A stretch of 64,000 nt of DNA from Macrostomum hystrix (GCA_950097015.1 CATNEN010000014.1:310001-374000), one strand, 5' to 3'; positions 26,606 through 39,210 are shown, counted from the first letter of the stretch. A program made the numbers and translations. The notes: generated by a model not told the origin, from the letters alone.

Positions 26606-27191
26606 GCCAGGCTTTTTGGCGACAGTTGATTTCAGTGACATGAAAAATTGTGACTTCGGCGACAAGTAATGTTAAATTAGGCAACAAGTACGTCAACAAT
26701 AACAACGATGCTTTTTGTCTGAGTACAACAGTGTGTTTCCAAGAGCGTTCTAACTCAATCCAAGTCAAAGTCAATCCAATTGTCATTGAAAACTGTAGAC
26801 CCAAGGATACTACAGTGACAAAGCTGCCTTGGTGATGGGGCTCGCTCACACAATTGGTTGGTCTCTTCAGGTTGGTGGGTAGGGCCTACAAAGTCCAAGT
26901 GCGGATATTTATCAAGCTTCTTATCCTGACAAACAATCAGCACGTCACAGGATTGCTTGTCAGAGCACACGTGTTCATTACATTTAACAAAAAAGGAAAG
27001 TATTTCGTAGGCTATAGCCAGTAGGTGGTTACGGTAGGATTTAGACGCATTGGTTTTGTTAGTAGCCTAAGAAGAGACTAAATACCAGTAAATAGCCATA
27101 GAAAGTGATTTGTGAAAGTGAAAGATAAACTTCTTAGCCGAAGTCACAATTTTCAGTGTGACCAAAATTAACTGTCACCGCAATGCCTGGA
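26606..27191. mobile_element. MITE-like element with imperfect ~55-bp terminal inverted repeats
   Basis: 26606-26660 (CCAGGC..GACAGTTGATT..AAAATTGTGACTTCGGC) is the imperfect reverse complement of 27137-27190. It interrupts a degenerate ~45-50-bp AT-rich tandem repeat. No TSD identified. Confidence 0.6.
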
Positions 27192-27595
27192 ATGCTTTTG
27201 TATTACATTGCAATATCTAATTACAGCAATTTTTTCTCCCTGGGTTTATATTAGACTGTAATATCTAATTTATAGGGTTTATTCTCACTGTGGGTTTTAA
27301 CTTTATATTAGGCCTACACTGTAATATCTAATTATAGAGTTTATTCTCCCTGTGGAGTTATGTTCAATAAACTGCTAAGTGGGTTGATTTCGTTTATTCA
27401 TATAACATATTAAGTTAGCTAGGCCCCATATATAATACAGTGGTAGCATTTCTCTGTGCTAAGTCTCTGATCTTAGCTGTTAAATTCTCACTTGTGTCCT
27501 AGTGCTTATATTTTGATAATTAAAAGGTTTGATTATAAAGACCAAACAAAGATATAAAACTAACAAACAAAGTCTCACAAAGACTAAACTATACC

Positions 27596-27876
27596 CATAC
27601 ATGCGCAACCTCCCAAATCTTAGCCGGCCGTGCGACTTAGTTTTTGCTCTCATTTGCGACTTAGTTCATTTCATTGCTCTATTTACGACTTAGTTTGCTC
27701 TCATTTGCTCTCTTTTTCTCTCCCCTTTTTCCTTTTCTTCACGCCTTCCTTTTTTGTCCCTTGGTCCCCCCTTTGATTTTTTTGCGCTTGGTCAATTGGT
27801 TTTTGCGACTTACCTTGCTTGGCCCTCGTTTCACCCGGCCGGTTCGGCCGGGTCGGCCGGGTGTTGCGCATGTATG
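27596..27876. mobile_element. hAT-type MITE (281 bp)
   Basis: Perfect 14-bp TIR CATACATGCGCAAC / GTTGCGCATGTATG and identical 8-bp flanks ACTATACC (27588-27595, 27877-27884); an 8-bp TSD is typical of hAT. Confidence 0.88.
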
Positions 27877-27959
27877 ACTATACCCTTGAACTAAGTTAGT
27901 CCCTGAAACAACCAAATTTCTGGAAAAGGTTTTAATTTTTTTAATTAGTTGATAGGCCT

Positions 27960-28900
27960 ACTGTTCTTATCAAAGTTGTTGTAGACCTATGCTTATTCAA
28001 ATACTTAAACTTAAAACTAAAAAACTTTTGAGTGTCTTAAGTTATTTGCATTTTGTACCTCTTATTTCAATTCAATTTGGTAGTGTTTATGTATTTAATC
28101 TGGTAGCATAATAATTTCAATATGGCCTATATTTATCCTCTCTATTTACTTTTACTTATGCTTATCTATATTATTTTTGTAAGTACCTTTTATGAGTCTT
28201 TATCACTATTTCTCTGTCTTTATCCTTTTTATCACTCTTTATAAATCTTTCTTAAGTCTTATCGCTCTTCAATTACTCTTCAATCAATCTTCAATTACTC
28301 TTCAATCAATCTTCAATTCAGTCTTCAGTCATCTAGGCTTTACCAGTGGCTTTACCACTATCTCAGTTGACCTCCCTACTAGTTAGATTTAAACGCACAC
28401 AGTAAATGAGAAGATGACTTCAAATAAAAAGAAAAGCACACAATAAAACACAATATATACAACACATAAAACTATAAGTGAACATATAAGCACCAACATA
28501 TAAAAATAATGGCACTGAAAGACAACATAAAAACCCTTCACCTTAAAAGTAAGTCCATAAATGTTCTTCACTTCCTTCTCAGAATGTGCACAGGGCTGGC
28601 AATGCTCGGTAGTAAGGCCAGCCGATCTGCCAGAAAATTCATCAAAACTCTATGTTAATGCCTTTCCAATGGCGAGTTGCCTCGCCAGTCACTGTGCTAT
28701 GGCTTGTAATGCAGTGACTGCATGCTGATGAATGTCGTCATGCTCTTCCATATTTGTGTGCCTTGAGGATATGATTGCTCATGTGTGGAATGCCATACTC
28801 TCTCCATATATTCCATCAGATCATGGATCATTTTCTCTCTTTTCTCTTCTTCTGGCATTGGCTGGACATGCGCAACACCCAGCCAAACCGCATGTACATG
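27960..28900 (-). mobile_element. Older relic of the same LTR family: diverged LTR plus decayed accessory ORF C-terminus
   Basis: LTR-like segment ends TATCTCA at 28365, followed by GTTGACCTCCCTACTAG as at 33910. 28570-28880 encodes a frameshifted EKMIHDLMEYME..EQSYPQ..WKSMT..QIGWPYYRALP. Left boundary approximate. Confidence 0.75.
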
Positions 28901-29532
28901 AACTGCCCAAGTTCACAAGTGCGCCGGACGCTGTCCGCGAATACCCCTATTGGCTCCAATAGGGAATAAACGCGTGTAAAGCAATGGGGAGGAAGGATGG
29001 AAAATAGGGAGACAATGTAAAAAATGAGAGCATAGTTCGCACTGAGGAAAACAACAATCCGAAAATTACAGGCAGAAAGAGAAGCAAACAGGTGCAGAAA
29101 AGCACAAAAACATACACAAGGTGGGGAGAAACATAAAAACATGTGACGATAAATTGATGAAGATGGTAAGTCCATAGCGGCGACAGTTAAAGTTCACTTT
29201 CAGTATTAGAGTCAGTTCCGAATATGTGGTGTAGCGGTAGCACTTTATTCTCGTTATACACTGGGATGCACAACAAGCAGAGAGTAAGAAAAGTAAAGGT
29301 GCAGGAGCTCAACAATGGCAATAGTAATAATGGCACAGTGAGGCAAAGAACGGAAATAGTACGAGAAGCTAGGACAGACATGAGAGAGTGGATGAAAAGC
29401 AGTGACGGTGGAGAGGCAGAACGAACAGGCAGTGGAGCGCGAGCAGGCCCAAAGCACTCAGTTAAATAAACTTAAAAATGTGGTAAAAATCCCTTAAAGA
29501 AAGAGTTTCCCTTTGGAAATATTTAATTCTAA

Positions 29533-32500
29533 TCATTCTGAAGTAATTGCAACTGCTAACATAGTGAAAAATGTCAATGGGGCCAAACTGACTACAATAA
29601 GTGCAATTGACAAGGCTTTCAGTATAACCTTTTTGGGGAGGTATTCAGATTTCAATTTTAAGTAAATGTTTAAATCATTTTTGTCTCTGAAAAGACTATT
29701 AAAATAGAAGTGTGGCTTGTAAATTTGTTTTAAGAGGTTCATGCCGTGTCATGTCATGTCATAGACTATTGTGATTTTTAAGGTCATGGATTTTTTGTCT
29801 GGAAGGCTTTAGTAGGCTTGCTTAGAACAAGGTTCTTATCCTTTAAAAATGTGCTAAAAGAAACAGTGTCAGAGAGGTGTTTGAGATCCAGGTTATTAAG
29901 TTGAGTAGTAATTGTCCTCTTCCATGGATCAGATGTGTTGGCATTGTTAATAAAGAGTGTTAGAATAGTTGTTTGATTAATTTTTTTGTGGTTAAGCTTT
30001 AACCAGTAGAGGAGGTACCTTTTCTTGATAATTTCTGATATAGGTAGAATAATAAGTTCATTAAGGATAACTTTATTGCTTGTGCAAGAAGGAAGGTTAA
30101 GAAGGACTTTGTAGAATTAAGTTTGGATTTTGTCAAGCTCAGCAAGTTTAGAGTGGCTTGCTAATGGACCCAGACCTCACATCCATAAGTGATGACAGTA
30201 ATGACAAGAGTCTCAAATAAGTGCTTATTAAGCAAGATGTCAATGGATGTATTCTTAATCCTATAAAGAAGTGAAAACATTGCTGCATAACCTTGTTTTG
30301 CTTGGTAGTCCAAGCAGGCTATAAAATTCAGGTGACTGTCAAATGTGATACCTAGATACTTGAAGCTTTCAATAATTTCAATGGGTTCATTTTTATAGAT
30401 AAATTGGAGGTTATTAGTCATATCATTTGAGCTCTTAACCCTTTTAGAGTTGCTAAATATGACCACTTTGGTCTTATCAATTTTCAAATCCAAGTATTTT
30501 TGCTGGCAATAAAGTTCTGTGCAATTATTCTGGGATTGAAGTTCAGCTGCTGAGTTTGCAAGAAGAGCCTGATCATCAGCAAAAATGAGACTATGTGGGT
30601 TGGATTGTCTTTGATAAATATAATTGATATTTGCTAACTCAGGAACTCTACAATATCATCAATTATAGTTCAATAAGAGAAGTAGAGAGAGGGTTGCCTT
30701 GGAGAACACCTTTTGAGATGCTGAAAGATGTCCTTTGCTTGTCTTGACCTAATGAGAAGCTGGCCTTGGAGTACATATCCCTTATAATGTTATAAACACG
30801 ACCATTGATACCTTTCTTTTCTAGCTTGTGCCATAGTGTTGGTAGATGGATGCTGTCAAATGCTTTTTTGTAATCTTTGAAGCAGACAAATATAGGCTTT
30901 TTGATAGCCATTGACGTACTAATGATATTATATAAATTAAAACATTGGTCTATAGTACTATGGATAGGTTTAAAGCCATATTGGAGGTCTGGGATAAGGT
31001 TGTTATCAGCAATAAGGAGATCAAGCCAAGATTTAATAATAGTACAGAAGAGTTTACCAAGGAGTGGCTGCACACAAAATCCTCTATAGCTAGCAGGATT
31101 CTTTTTGTCACCAGAACCTTTGAAGATAGGATGTAAAGAATTATTGATCCAATCAGAAGGGAAAATACAAAGATCTAGAAGTTTGTTAAACAAGAGGCAT
31201 AAAGAACTTGCCAAATCTTCATGAAAAAATTTAAAGCTGTCTGCATAAAGTTAGTTGTTGCTAGTTGCCTTTTTTATTTAAGATATTTAATGCTATTAGA
31301 AATTTCAGTGATAGTAAAGGCTGAATTAAATGCCTCAATTCCAGATAGACTACTAATTCCTAGGTTAAGATCATAAGTGAGCAGATTATCTGGTGTATGC
31401 TCAGTTGATAGTCTCTGAAAGTGTTTAGCAAAAGAAATAACATCATAGATATAACTACTTTCTATTGGTTTTTCCTTTAGCAATCTCCATAGTTCTTTAG
31501 GGTTATTAGTAATAAGGGCTCTTTTAATATCATTCTCTTTGCAAATAATGTTTTCATGCTTCCAAAGTGCCAATTCTTTTTCATAACCTTTCCTTGCTTG
31601 CAACTTATTATTCCTATTTAGCAAGTGCTGGATAAAGCTTATATTTTCTACAAGAGTGATGAAATTTATTACAAAGATCTTTAAGTTTTTGTGGAAGACA
31701 AGAGTGACATCCTTATTATAGGTAGAGGAAATACAGTTTTGAACATCAAGAAGTTTGGCTGTAAAATGACCAATAAAATCATCATGGGTATTATTCCTGA
31801 TAGTAACTATATCTGGGTTAAGAGAATGAAGAGCTTTTAAATAAATATCTTATTGATGCTGGAATATAGGGTCACTGTTGATAGATGGGTTTTCAAAAAT
31901 AGTGTGAGTAGTTGTATTACTTTTTTTATTCATTTTCTTCTGAGCTACTATGTTAATCTTTGTCAGAAGAGGTAAGTGGTCACTAAAAATGCTTTTATTT
32001 TTTACTTTAAGATCAATGATTCTTATAAGAAGGCCACAAGAGACAATACAGAAATCAATTGTAGAAATACCTTTGTCAGAAAAGAAAGTGAAAGCACCAT
32101 CTGGATCAGACCTTGTTCTACCATTAATAATATGAAGATTGTTAGCATTAAGAATTTGGAGGAGTTTGGTATCTAAAGTGCATATCTTTTTGTGGACATG
32201 TTTTTTATTTGAATAGCAAGAGGAATATGAGGATTCAAGTGATAAATGATATTATTACCATCCCCATGTGGCTCCTTGAAGGAGCCAACATGTGCATTTA
32301 AGTCTCCAAAAATAATCAAGTTGATAGCATTAGGTTCATTTCAACAAACAATATTATCAATAATACTATAAATGTCATTCCAAATATCTTCATTATAGTA
32401 CTTAGAGCTTTTAGGAGGAATATAAATGTTAAAGAGAATAAATGAATCAGCTGGATAAGAGATATTCTTAAAAAGTATGACTTGAATATTAGGAAAAGTA

Positions 32501-33127
32501 TTATCAGGATCTAAGCAGAGATAACATTTTAAATATCATTGAGATCTTTCTTATATGCTAAAAAGGCCACCAGAAGCTCTATCTAAACTGATATTAGAGT
32601 GTTTAGAAGCATCCTTGAAAATCAAGTCAAATGAATTTTTTTAAGTTTTTACTAAGATTAGTGCTACTAAGATAAGAAGAGTTCTGAATCCATGTTTCTT
32701 GAATACAAATAATATCATAATTAAGAAGATCATTGTTGTCAATATCATCATTTAGGTCAAGCTTAGACAATTCAATTCCTTGCTTATATGTGTACATACC
32801 ATTGATGTTCCAGCTAAAGAAAGTAAGGTTATAATTTAGGTTATGTCTATAGATATGAAGATCTTTAAGGATATCAACAACGTTTTGATGAAGAAAGTAA
32901 GGAGAGAAAGGAGGAGGAGACTCCAGATAATGGAGGAAGCAAGGAGTATAAGAGATCCTAGAGAGCAAGGGAATAGAATGAGATGGAATAGAAGGAGGAC
33001 TGGCAGATGAAAGATAAACAGGGGAGTTCACAGGAACAAAAGGTTTAGGAAAAGCAAAAAAATATTGACCAGGATCAATAGAATGCAATGGAAAAATTGG
33101 CAGGCAAAAAAGGGTAGGGTTTGGCAC
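29533..33127 (-). mobile_element. CR1/L2-group LINE ORF2 (APE endonuclease plus RT), degenerate
   Basis: SWNING..ICIQETW (APE); PIFKGSGDKKNPASYR, QYGF, DYKKAFDSI, KGVLQGNPLS, KTKVVIF, FKYLGITFD (RT). Broken into several frames. Confidence 0.88.
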
Positions 33128-33142
33128 TTTAGAGGGAGGTAG

Positions 33143-33909
33143 TGTTGTAGGGCTAAATTAATTCTACCGCTGTCACCAAAGTTGTCCTAGGCCTCTGCCT
33201 ATATTCAATATTAATCCTAACAATGCCACCAAAGTTGTTACCGGGCCAATTGTAATCCTATTGCTGTTACCAAAGTTGTTATAGGCCTTTTATACTTTTG
33301 TCAATCTTATGAATGTCTTTAATTATTCGCTTTATCTCAATTCAAATTGGTAACGTTTATGTATTCAAGTATGGTAGCGTTATGTATTTAATCTGGTAGC
33401 GTTATACTTTCAGTATGGCCGGTATCTTTATAGTATTATTTCTATAAGTACTTTGTATCAATCTTTACCCGTCTTTATCCGTCTTCAATTATCATTCAGT
33501 TAACCTTCAATTCAATCTTCAGTTCAGTCTTCAATTTCAATCTTCAGTCCGTTTCATAGGGCTTTCCAGTGGATCTAGAGTTACAGCTTTTCTTCACTCT
33601 ATTTACTTCTCTTTCACAATGTTTCTTTCGCAAATAACTTCAATATGAACACTTCAAGATTCAAGCTTTCTTTACTTTGAACTCTTTTCCCAATCGAGGT
33701 GGTACGAGTTGGTTTTTCTCTCTTCGCTTCGGTGTATTTATACTAAAAATTCCCTTCATCTCCGCGACTTCAGTATAACTATTTTAATTTTCGGTGCAGA
33801 CAAACAAATGGTGCATTTAAACAAAATTTACGTAACATTAAAACAAAAAATATTTAATTTCGCGGGAACACTTTCTAGGAAAAATAAAACAATCGGAAAC
33901 CCTATCTCA
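33143..33909 (-). repeat. 3' LTR (767 bp)
   Basis: Begins TGTTGTAGGGCT and ends CCCTATCTCA; I noticed one mismatch to the other LTR by eye (TTTACCCGTC vs TTTATCCGTC). Confidence 0.93.
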
Positions 33910-34187
33910 ACTGATCTCCCTACTAGACATATTTGAATGCATGCAAGAAGTGAAAATATGGCTAAGCAACACATGAATTTACACAAAATAGGATAAATGG
34001 CTAAAATACAGAAAGAACACAATAAAACACGTTTATACAAAAGTAGGATATATGGTATTAAATGGTTAAAACACATGAATTTATACAACATAGAACAAAA
34101 TAGATGACACTAAATGACATAGAGCAAAATACAACACAAAACCTTTCACCAAAAATGTAAGTCCATAGTTGTCTCTCCTCTTCATAT

Positions 34188-35006
34188 TCAAAATGCGCAT
34201 GGGGCCGGCAGAGCTCTATAATATGGCCAGCCGATCTGCTTGAAGGCCCACCGGAACTCCATATTTGTTACCTTCCGGTGAAGGACTACCTCGCTTGATG
34301 TTGAACTGCGGTGCACGTTGTGTGCCACCGCTTGTAGTACCGTGACTGCCTGGTGTTGTGGCAGACTTCTCAGAGCCGTCATGCTCTTCCATACATGAGC
34401 CCTCTGCGGATAGGACTGCTCATATGTATGGAAGGCTACTTTTTCCATGTATTCTGTTAAGTCATGTACCATCTTTTCTTTTTCCTCGTCCTCTGGCGTA
34501 GGCTGAGTCACCTGCACAGGCTGGAGCACCGTGGGCGTCGTTAGTGGCGGTTGCGGCACAACCTGTGGCGGCTGAGGCACAACTTGCGGCGCCTGAGACA
34601 CCGCTTGCGACGGCTGAGGCGCGGCTCGTGATGGCTGAGGCACGGCTCGTGATGGCTGCGGCTTGGGCTGCATTTCTCTCTTGGCTCTAGATTCCATTGG
34701 TACAGGCCGCAGTTGCTGCGGCGCCGGCCCAGCCGAGTTGCGACTAGCAGATGCGCCATCCTTTGTAGTTAGCCGAATTACCGATTTAAGGCGATTTCCG
34801 CCATCAGTCGCGCACGCCGCTTGTGCCGTCTTTGCCTGCTTGATCGCCACCGGCGATGGTGTCCGTAGCCTTTTTGATGCCATAGGTACGGCGACTGGCA
34901 GTTTGGGTCGCGTAGCCACTCTCTCTGGTGCTGCTTCCATGTTCTCTTGGGCAGATCCTCCTTCACTTAACAATTCTTGTAGAAAGTCGTCTAAGTCACA
35001 ATCCAT
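34188..35006 (-). CDS. LTR-element accessory ORF, unknown function (272 aa)
   Basis: Intact ORF MDCDLDDFLQELL..Pro/Gln-rich linker..EKMVHDLTEYME..QIGWPYYRALPAPCAF, with decayed homologs at 28570-28880 and 39040-39210. Confidence 0.65.
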   Translation of the reverse strand: MDCDLDDFLQELLSEGGSAQENMEAAPERVATRPKLPVAVPMASKRLRTPSPVAIKQAKTAQAACATDGGNRLKSVIRLTTKDGASASRNSAGPAPQQLRPVPMESRAKREMQPKPQPSRAVPQPSRAAPQPSQAVSQAPQVVPQPPQVVPQPPLTTPTVLQPVQVTQPTPEDEEKEKMVHDLTEYMEKVAFHTYEQSYPQRAHVWKSMTALRSLPQHQAVTVLQAVAHNVHRSSTSSEVVLHRKVTNMEFRWAFKQIGWPYYRALPAPCAF

Positions 35007-37039
35007 TGTTAGCAATTTTCACGTCTTTGGCACCTTCTTAACAGATTTCTCTGGCGGGCTTTAGGTGGTCTTATTATACATACTAAAAACTGGACCGCAT
35101 CATTGTGTCCGGGCTCCCCAGGGATCTGAGGGCCACTTTTGACAGTCTTATTCTGCCATGTCATATATCACACTCTTTTCAATTCAATTTCCGACTTTAT
35201 TAATTGCAATTTTACTTTCATGTTTGGATTCTTTTTATAGATCTTAATCTCCTGAATACATTGGTCTTTTTTATTTTTTCAATATCTTTTTCTTATCAAT
35301 TTTTATTTGCTTTTTAAGTTTTTCTTATTTTAAATCTTAATTGTTTAACATTGGTTTAAATGCGAATCTGATTCAACTCGCCTCCCATTGTTCTCTATTG
35401 TTCTCGAAATCACTAGGGTAGATATCTTCTGTATCGCTCCCGAGGCACGAAGCCGTGAGTGACTGGCTGGGTGTTACGTAACACTCCTCTTCCTGGGGTA
35501 GGCTCTCCCCTGTTCAATTGTTCAGTTCTGTCATTTCGTGGTCTTAGATTATAGCCATGGGCTCCTTCTGTATGTACATTTCTTTCTTCTTCATGTTCAA
35601 TCTCTGAGTCACTCATGTTCATTTCTTCAGTCTTGTCCATTTCGCTGTCTGTTTCTTCTTGTTCTGACTCATTTGCTTCTTCTTGCCTTTCGCTTTCATT
35701 GTCAGGGATTGCTCCTTGTTCTGCATAGTTTTCGTCTTCAGATTCTTCATTTGGCATTTTAGCTCTCCATCTTATTCTGTCTTCTTCTTCGGATTCGTCT
35801 TCTTCTTCATTAATGACAATTACATTCTGTTTCTTTTTATTTGAGGTGGCCTGACCTCCCTTAACTTTTGACCGTGTGGTGTGACTAGTTTTGTGACCTC
35901 CCTTTCTTGTTTGTTCTGCGGATTGCAATGTGATCTGTGTGTTTGGCACTGGTGTAATGTTATTTCTATGCACAATTAATTTCTCTCCTACTCTTTCTCC
36001 TTCAATTTCTCTCTTTTAAATTCCAGCATATCCATCACCCTTGGGAATCTGACGTGCTTAATAGCTTGATTCCTTAAACGAGTGAATTTGGATAGCTATC
36101 ACAGAACAGTGATTCTTCTCGAAATTTCTTCTTCTCTCATTTTCTCAACTTTTGGGGAATCTCTAGATCTCAGGAGCAGACTAGATTAACTGTCTCCACT
36201 TTTGATCTTTCTCTCTCCCCTTTCTCAAATTTGAGGCATCTCTAGATCTCAGGAGCAGACTAAATTAACTGTCTCCACTGTTGATCTCTTTTCTCCACTT
36301 CCTTCTTGGAAATGTTCACTTTTGGCTTGAGCCTTCAATGGGGCTAGACAGCACAATTGACATTCCAATTTTTTACTTCTTTGCATTCGGTAGCTGGGTC
36401 AGACCGTCTGGCTGGCCAATTAAGCGTACCTCCTGCAACTCTTCTCATCAATTCTCAATTCTTTCTCAAAGTCAAGTGATTATTCCACTTTTTCACTTTC
36501 AATTGCTCACTTTTACTGCATCACTGCATACGAGTATGTGTATGTGTGTGTGTTTGTGTTTCTGTGATGTATTTGTTCTCCCAATCAGGCACCTCATTTT
36601 TTTGTATTTCTTTTTATTCTTTTTATTGTCTTTTTACGCAATTTATATACAAAGCATTTTTATACACTATTTACAGATTCAGTTTCGACCTTCAGAGTTC
36701 TTATCGGGAACCTTCATTTATTCTCGGAGCGTCTCAGGACGACTCTGCACACATGATAACCTGGTCTTTTGTCCTTCTGTTCTTCGCTAGTTCTGCTTCT
36801 TGGTTCTGTTGATGTTCCGGGTGTGCCACACAGGTAGCACCTGTTAAACATGTGGAAGTTGTCCTTCGTTATGGTCTCATGATTCCTTCTTCCTCTTCCA
36901 GCTGATCTCTTCTCATTTGCCTGCTGTCCTTCAAACAATGAGGGATGAGCTGGCTGTTGGTTCACCATGACCATCATAATCACGACTAGGAGTAACATGC
37001 TTGTGAAGTCTGATAATTTGCGCTGTTTCTAGATCCTTT

Positions 37040-37052
37040 ACCGCTGCCACCA
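37040..37052 (-). promoter_or_regulatory. Primer-binding site, tRNA-Leu type
   Basis: Minus strand TGGTGGCAGCGGT lies 4 nt inside the 5' LTR and is complementary to the ACCGCTGCCA-CCA 3' end of eukaryotic tRNA-Leu(AAG/TAG) as recalled. Confidence 0.8.
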
Positions 37053-37056
37053 AAGT

Positions 37057-37823
37057 TGTTGTAGGGCTAAATTAATTCTACCGCTGTCACCAAAGTTGTC
37101 CTAGGCCTCTGCCTATATTCAATATTAATCCTAACAATGCCACCAAAGTTGTTACCGGGCCAATTGTAATCCTATTGCTGTTACCAAAGTTGTTATAGGC
37201 CTTTTATACTTTTGTCAATCTTATGAATGTCTTTAATTATTCGCTTTATCTCAATTCAAATTGGTAACGTTTATGTATTCAAGTATGGTAGCGTTATGTA
37301 TTTAATCTGGTAGCGTTATACTTTCAGTATGGCCGGTATCTTTATAGTATTATTTCTATAAGTACTTTGTATCAATCTTTATCCGTCTTTATCCGTCTTC
37401 AATTATCATTCAGTTAACCTTCAATTCAATCTTCAGTTCAGTCTTCAATTTCAATCTTCAGTCCGTTTCATAGGGCTTTCCAGTGGATCTAGAGTTACAG
37501 CTTTTCTTCACTCTATTTACTTCTCTTTCACAATGTTTCTTTCGCAAATAACTTCAATATGAACACTTCAAGATTCAAGCTTTCTTTACTTTGAACTCTT
37601 TTCCCAATCGAGGTGGTACGAGTTGGTTTTTCTCTCTTCGCTTCGGTGTATTTATACTAAAAATTCCCTTCATCTCCGCGACTTCAGTATAACTATTTTA
37701 ATTTTCGGTGCAGACAAACAAATGGTGCATTTAAACAAAATTTACGTAACATTAAAACAAAAAATATTTAATTTCGCGGGAACACTTTCTAGGAAAAATA
37801 AAACAATCGGAAACCCTATCTCA
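37057..37823 (-). repeat. 5' LTR (767 bp)
   Basis: Direct repeat of 33143-33909 with TG...CA termini. Confidence 0.93.
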
Positions 37824-37827
37824 GTAG

Positions 37828-38330
37828 TCAAGCCTCTTTAATGTAAGGCACACCATTTGAGTAGAGGATGAGTAGGTTCTTCTCGCCATTGAGTTGTCGT
37901 TCCTTGAGCTCCCTGACAAGCCTGTTTTTGAAGGTCTTCTGCTGCTCTGTTAGGTCATTGTCAATCTGGATTTTAGCAAACTGTTCACAGTCCCAGAGGT
38001 TCTTCAGCTGGATAAAGACAATGAATTTGTCTTTCTCTTCCTTGAAACGGATTACTAGGGGCTGTGCCTTTCCAGAAGTCCTGTTCCCAATTTGGCTAGT
38101 GCTCTTGATAGACAGGTCAGAGGGTTGCAACTGTAGCCCCTCCTTGAGAAGCTTGTCCACTGAGTTGTCATCAGAGTTGTTGTCTGGGAGGCCAAACACA
38201 ATCAGGTTGTTGGCCTTCATGGTCTGCTGCCTCACCTTATGGCTAGCAAATCAAAGTCAAGTTTCTTGGTAGGCTTAGATGCGTTGGTGTCACTACCATC
38301 ACCAGAAGCTTCTAGACTTTTGATCCTGGC
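37828..38330 (-). mobile_element. ORF1 of the interrupted CR1/L2-group LINE
   Basis: NNLIVFGLPD..QPLVIRF..IQIDNDLT is typical of LINE ORF1 RRM-like regions. The stop lies 4 nt from the LTR insertion; ORF2 resumes beyond the TSD. Confidence 0.75.
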
Positions 38331-38756
38331 CTCAAGAAGTTCTATCCTACTCATTAGCGCCTTGAAGCGCGCAGCTCCCTTTGAGAGGAAGGTCCTAGCC
38401 TAGTCCTAGGGTGCAGCGATTTAGAAAAGAATTAAAAAAATAAAAAAATTGCCTTAAAAATTAAGGCAAACCAATGGTGTAGCCAAAAGTTGCTACACTG
38501 CACATGCTGGCTGTGCCATCTTTGCCTGTTTGACTGTCTTGACTTACTTGACTTAGCTGCAGGGGGCATCCTTCGGATGCAGTTAGGAGGTGTTGCTGCC
38601 CATTCCACTAGCCCCTGGCAACCACAGGCAACTAAAGCTGCAGTGTTGTGCTGCTGGTGATGCTGGTGTCTGCAGTGCAGTCCTCCTCCAGAGAGTCTGG
38701 AGGTGGAGTTGCTCACCCAGTGGCCCTTAAGGTAATGGACAAGCTGGCAGATGTTC

Positions 38757-39035
38757 TCAGAGAACGTCAGAGAGATCCGGGTTTGGGCCAAGATAGGTGA
38801 GCCCATCCTGAGTGAAGGCGGGACAGTCACAAATAAAATGCTTTGCATCCTCAATGTAGGAGAGGCAGAAAGGGCACTCCTCACTACAGATTTTGGCTTG
38901 TAGGAAGCGGTGCCTAGCGAAACAGCCATGGCCAGAGAGGGCCATGGTGACTTCCCTGATGTCCCTGCGGTTAAGTCCAAGCAAGGCTTTGAAAACGGCA
39001 GTGGAGGGACACGGTTGTTTGTGACAAAAGGTCAC
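38757..39035 (-). mobile_element. 3' fragment of an I/R1/Loa-like non-LTR element (C-terminal CCHC finger)
   Basis: [25 protein letters not shown] matches the C-terminal zinc-finger pattern of such elements. Confidence 0.7.
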
Positions 39036-39039
39036 ACCT

Positions 39040-39210
39040 CAGTTTGACTGTCACCAGTGACGGCATACAAGGCCTCTTTGTTGCCATTTATGTGGCGGCT
39101 GGCAGTTTAGGTCGCGTAGACACTCATTCAGGTGCCAACTCCACATTCTCTTGAGCAGAGCTCCCATCGTCTTGTAGTTCTTGTAGGAAATCATCCAAAT
39201 TGCTGTCCAT
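39040..39210 (-). pseudogene. Decayed N-terminal copy of the LTR accessory ORF
   Basis: MDSNLDDFLQELQDDGSSAQENVELAPE*VSTRPKLP versus MDCDLDDFLQELLSEGGSAQENMEAAPERVATRPKLP. Confidence 0.78.

Larger units (their letters stand above)
33143..37823 (-). mobile_element. Young non-autonomous LTR retroelement (Gypsy-like), 4681 bp
   Basis: Two near-identical 767-bp direct repeats with TG...CA ends; 4-bp TSD GTAG (33139-33142, 37824-37827); PBS and PPT-like sites present. Internal region has only a gag zinc-knuckle remnant (CYLCGTPG), an acidic YNLRPR segment and an orphan ORF; no RT or integrase seen. Confidence 0.93.
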
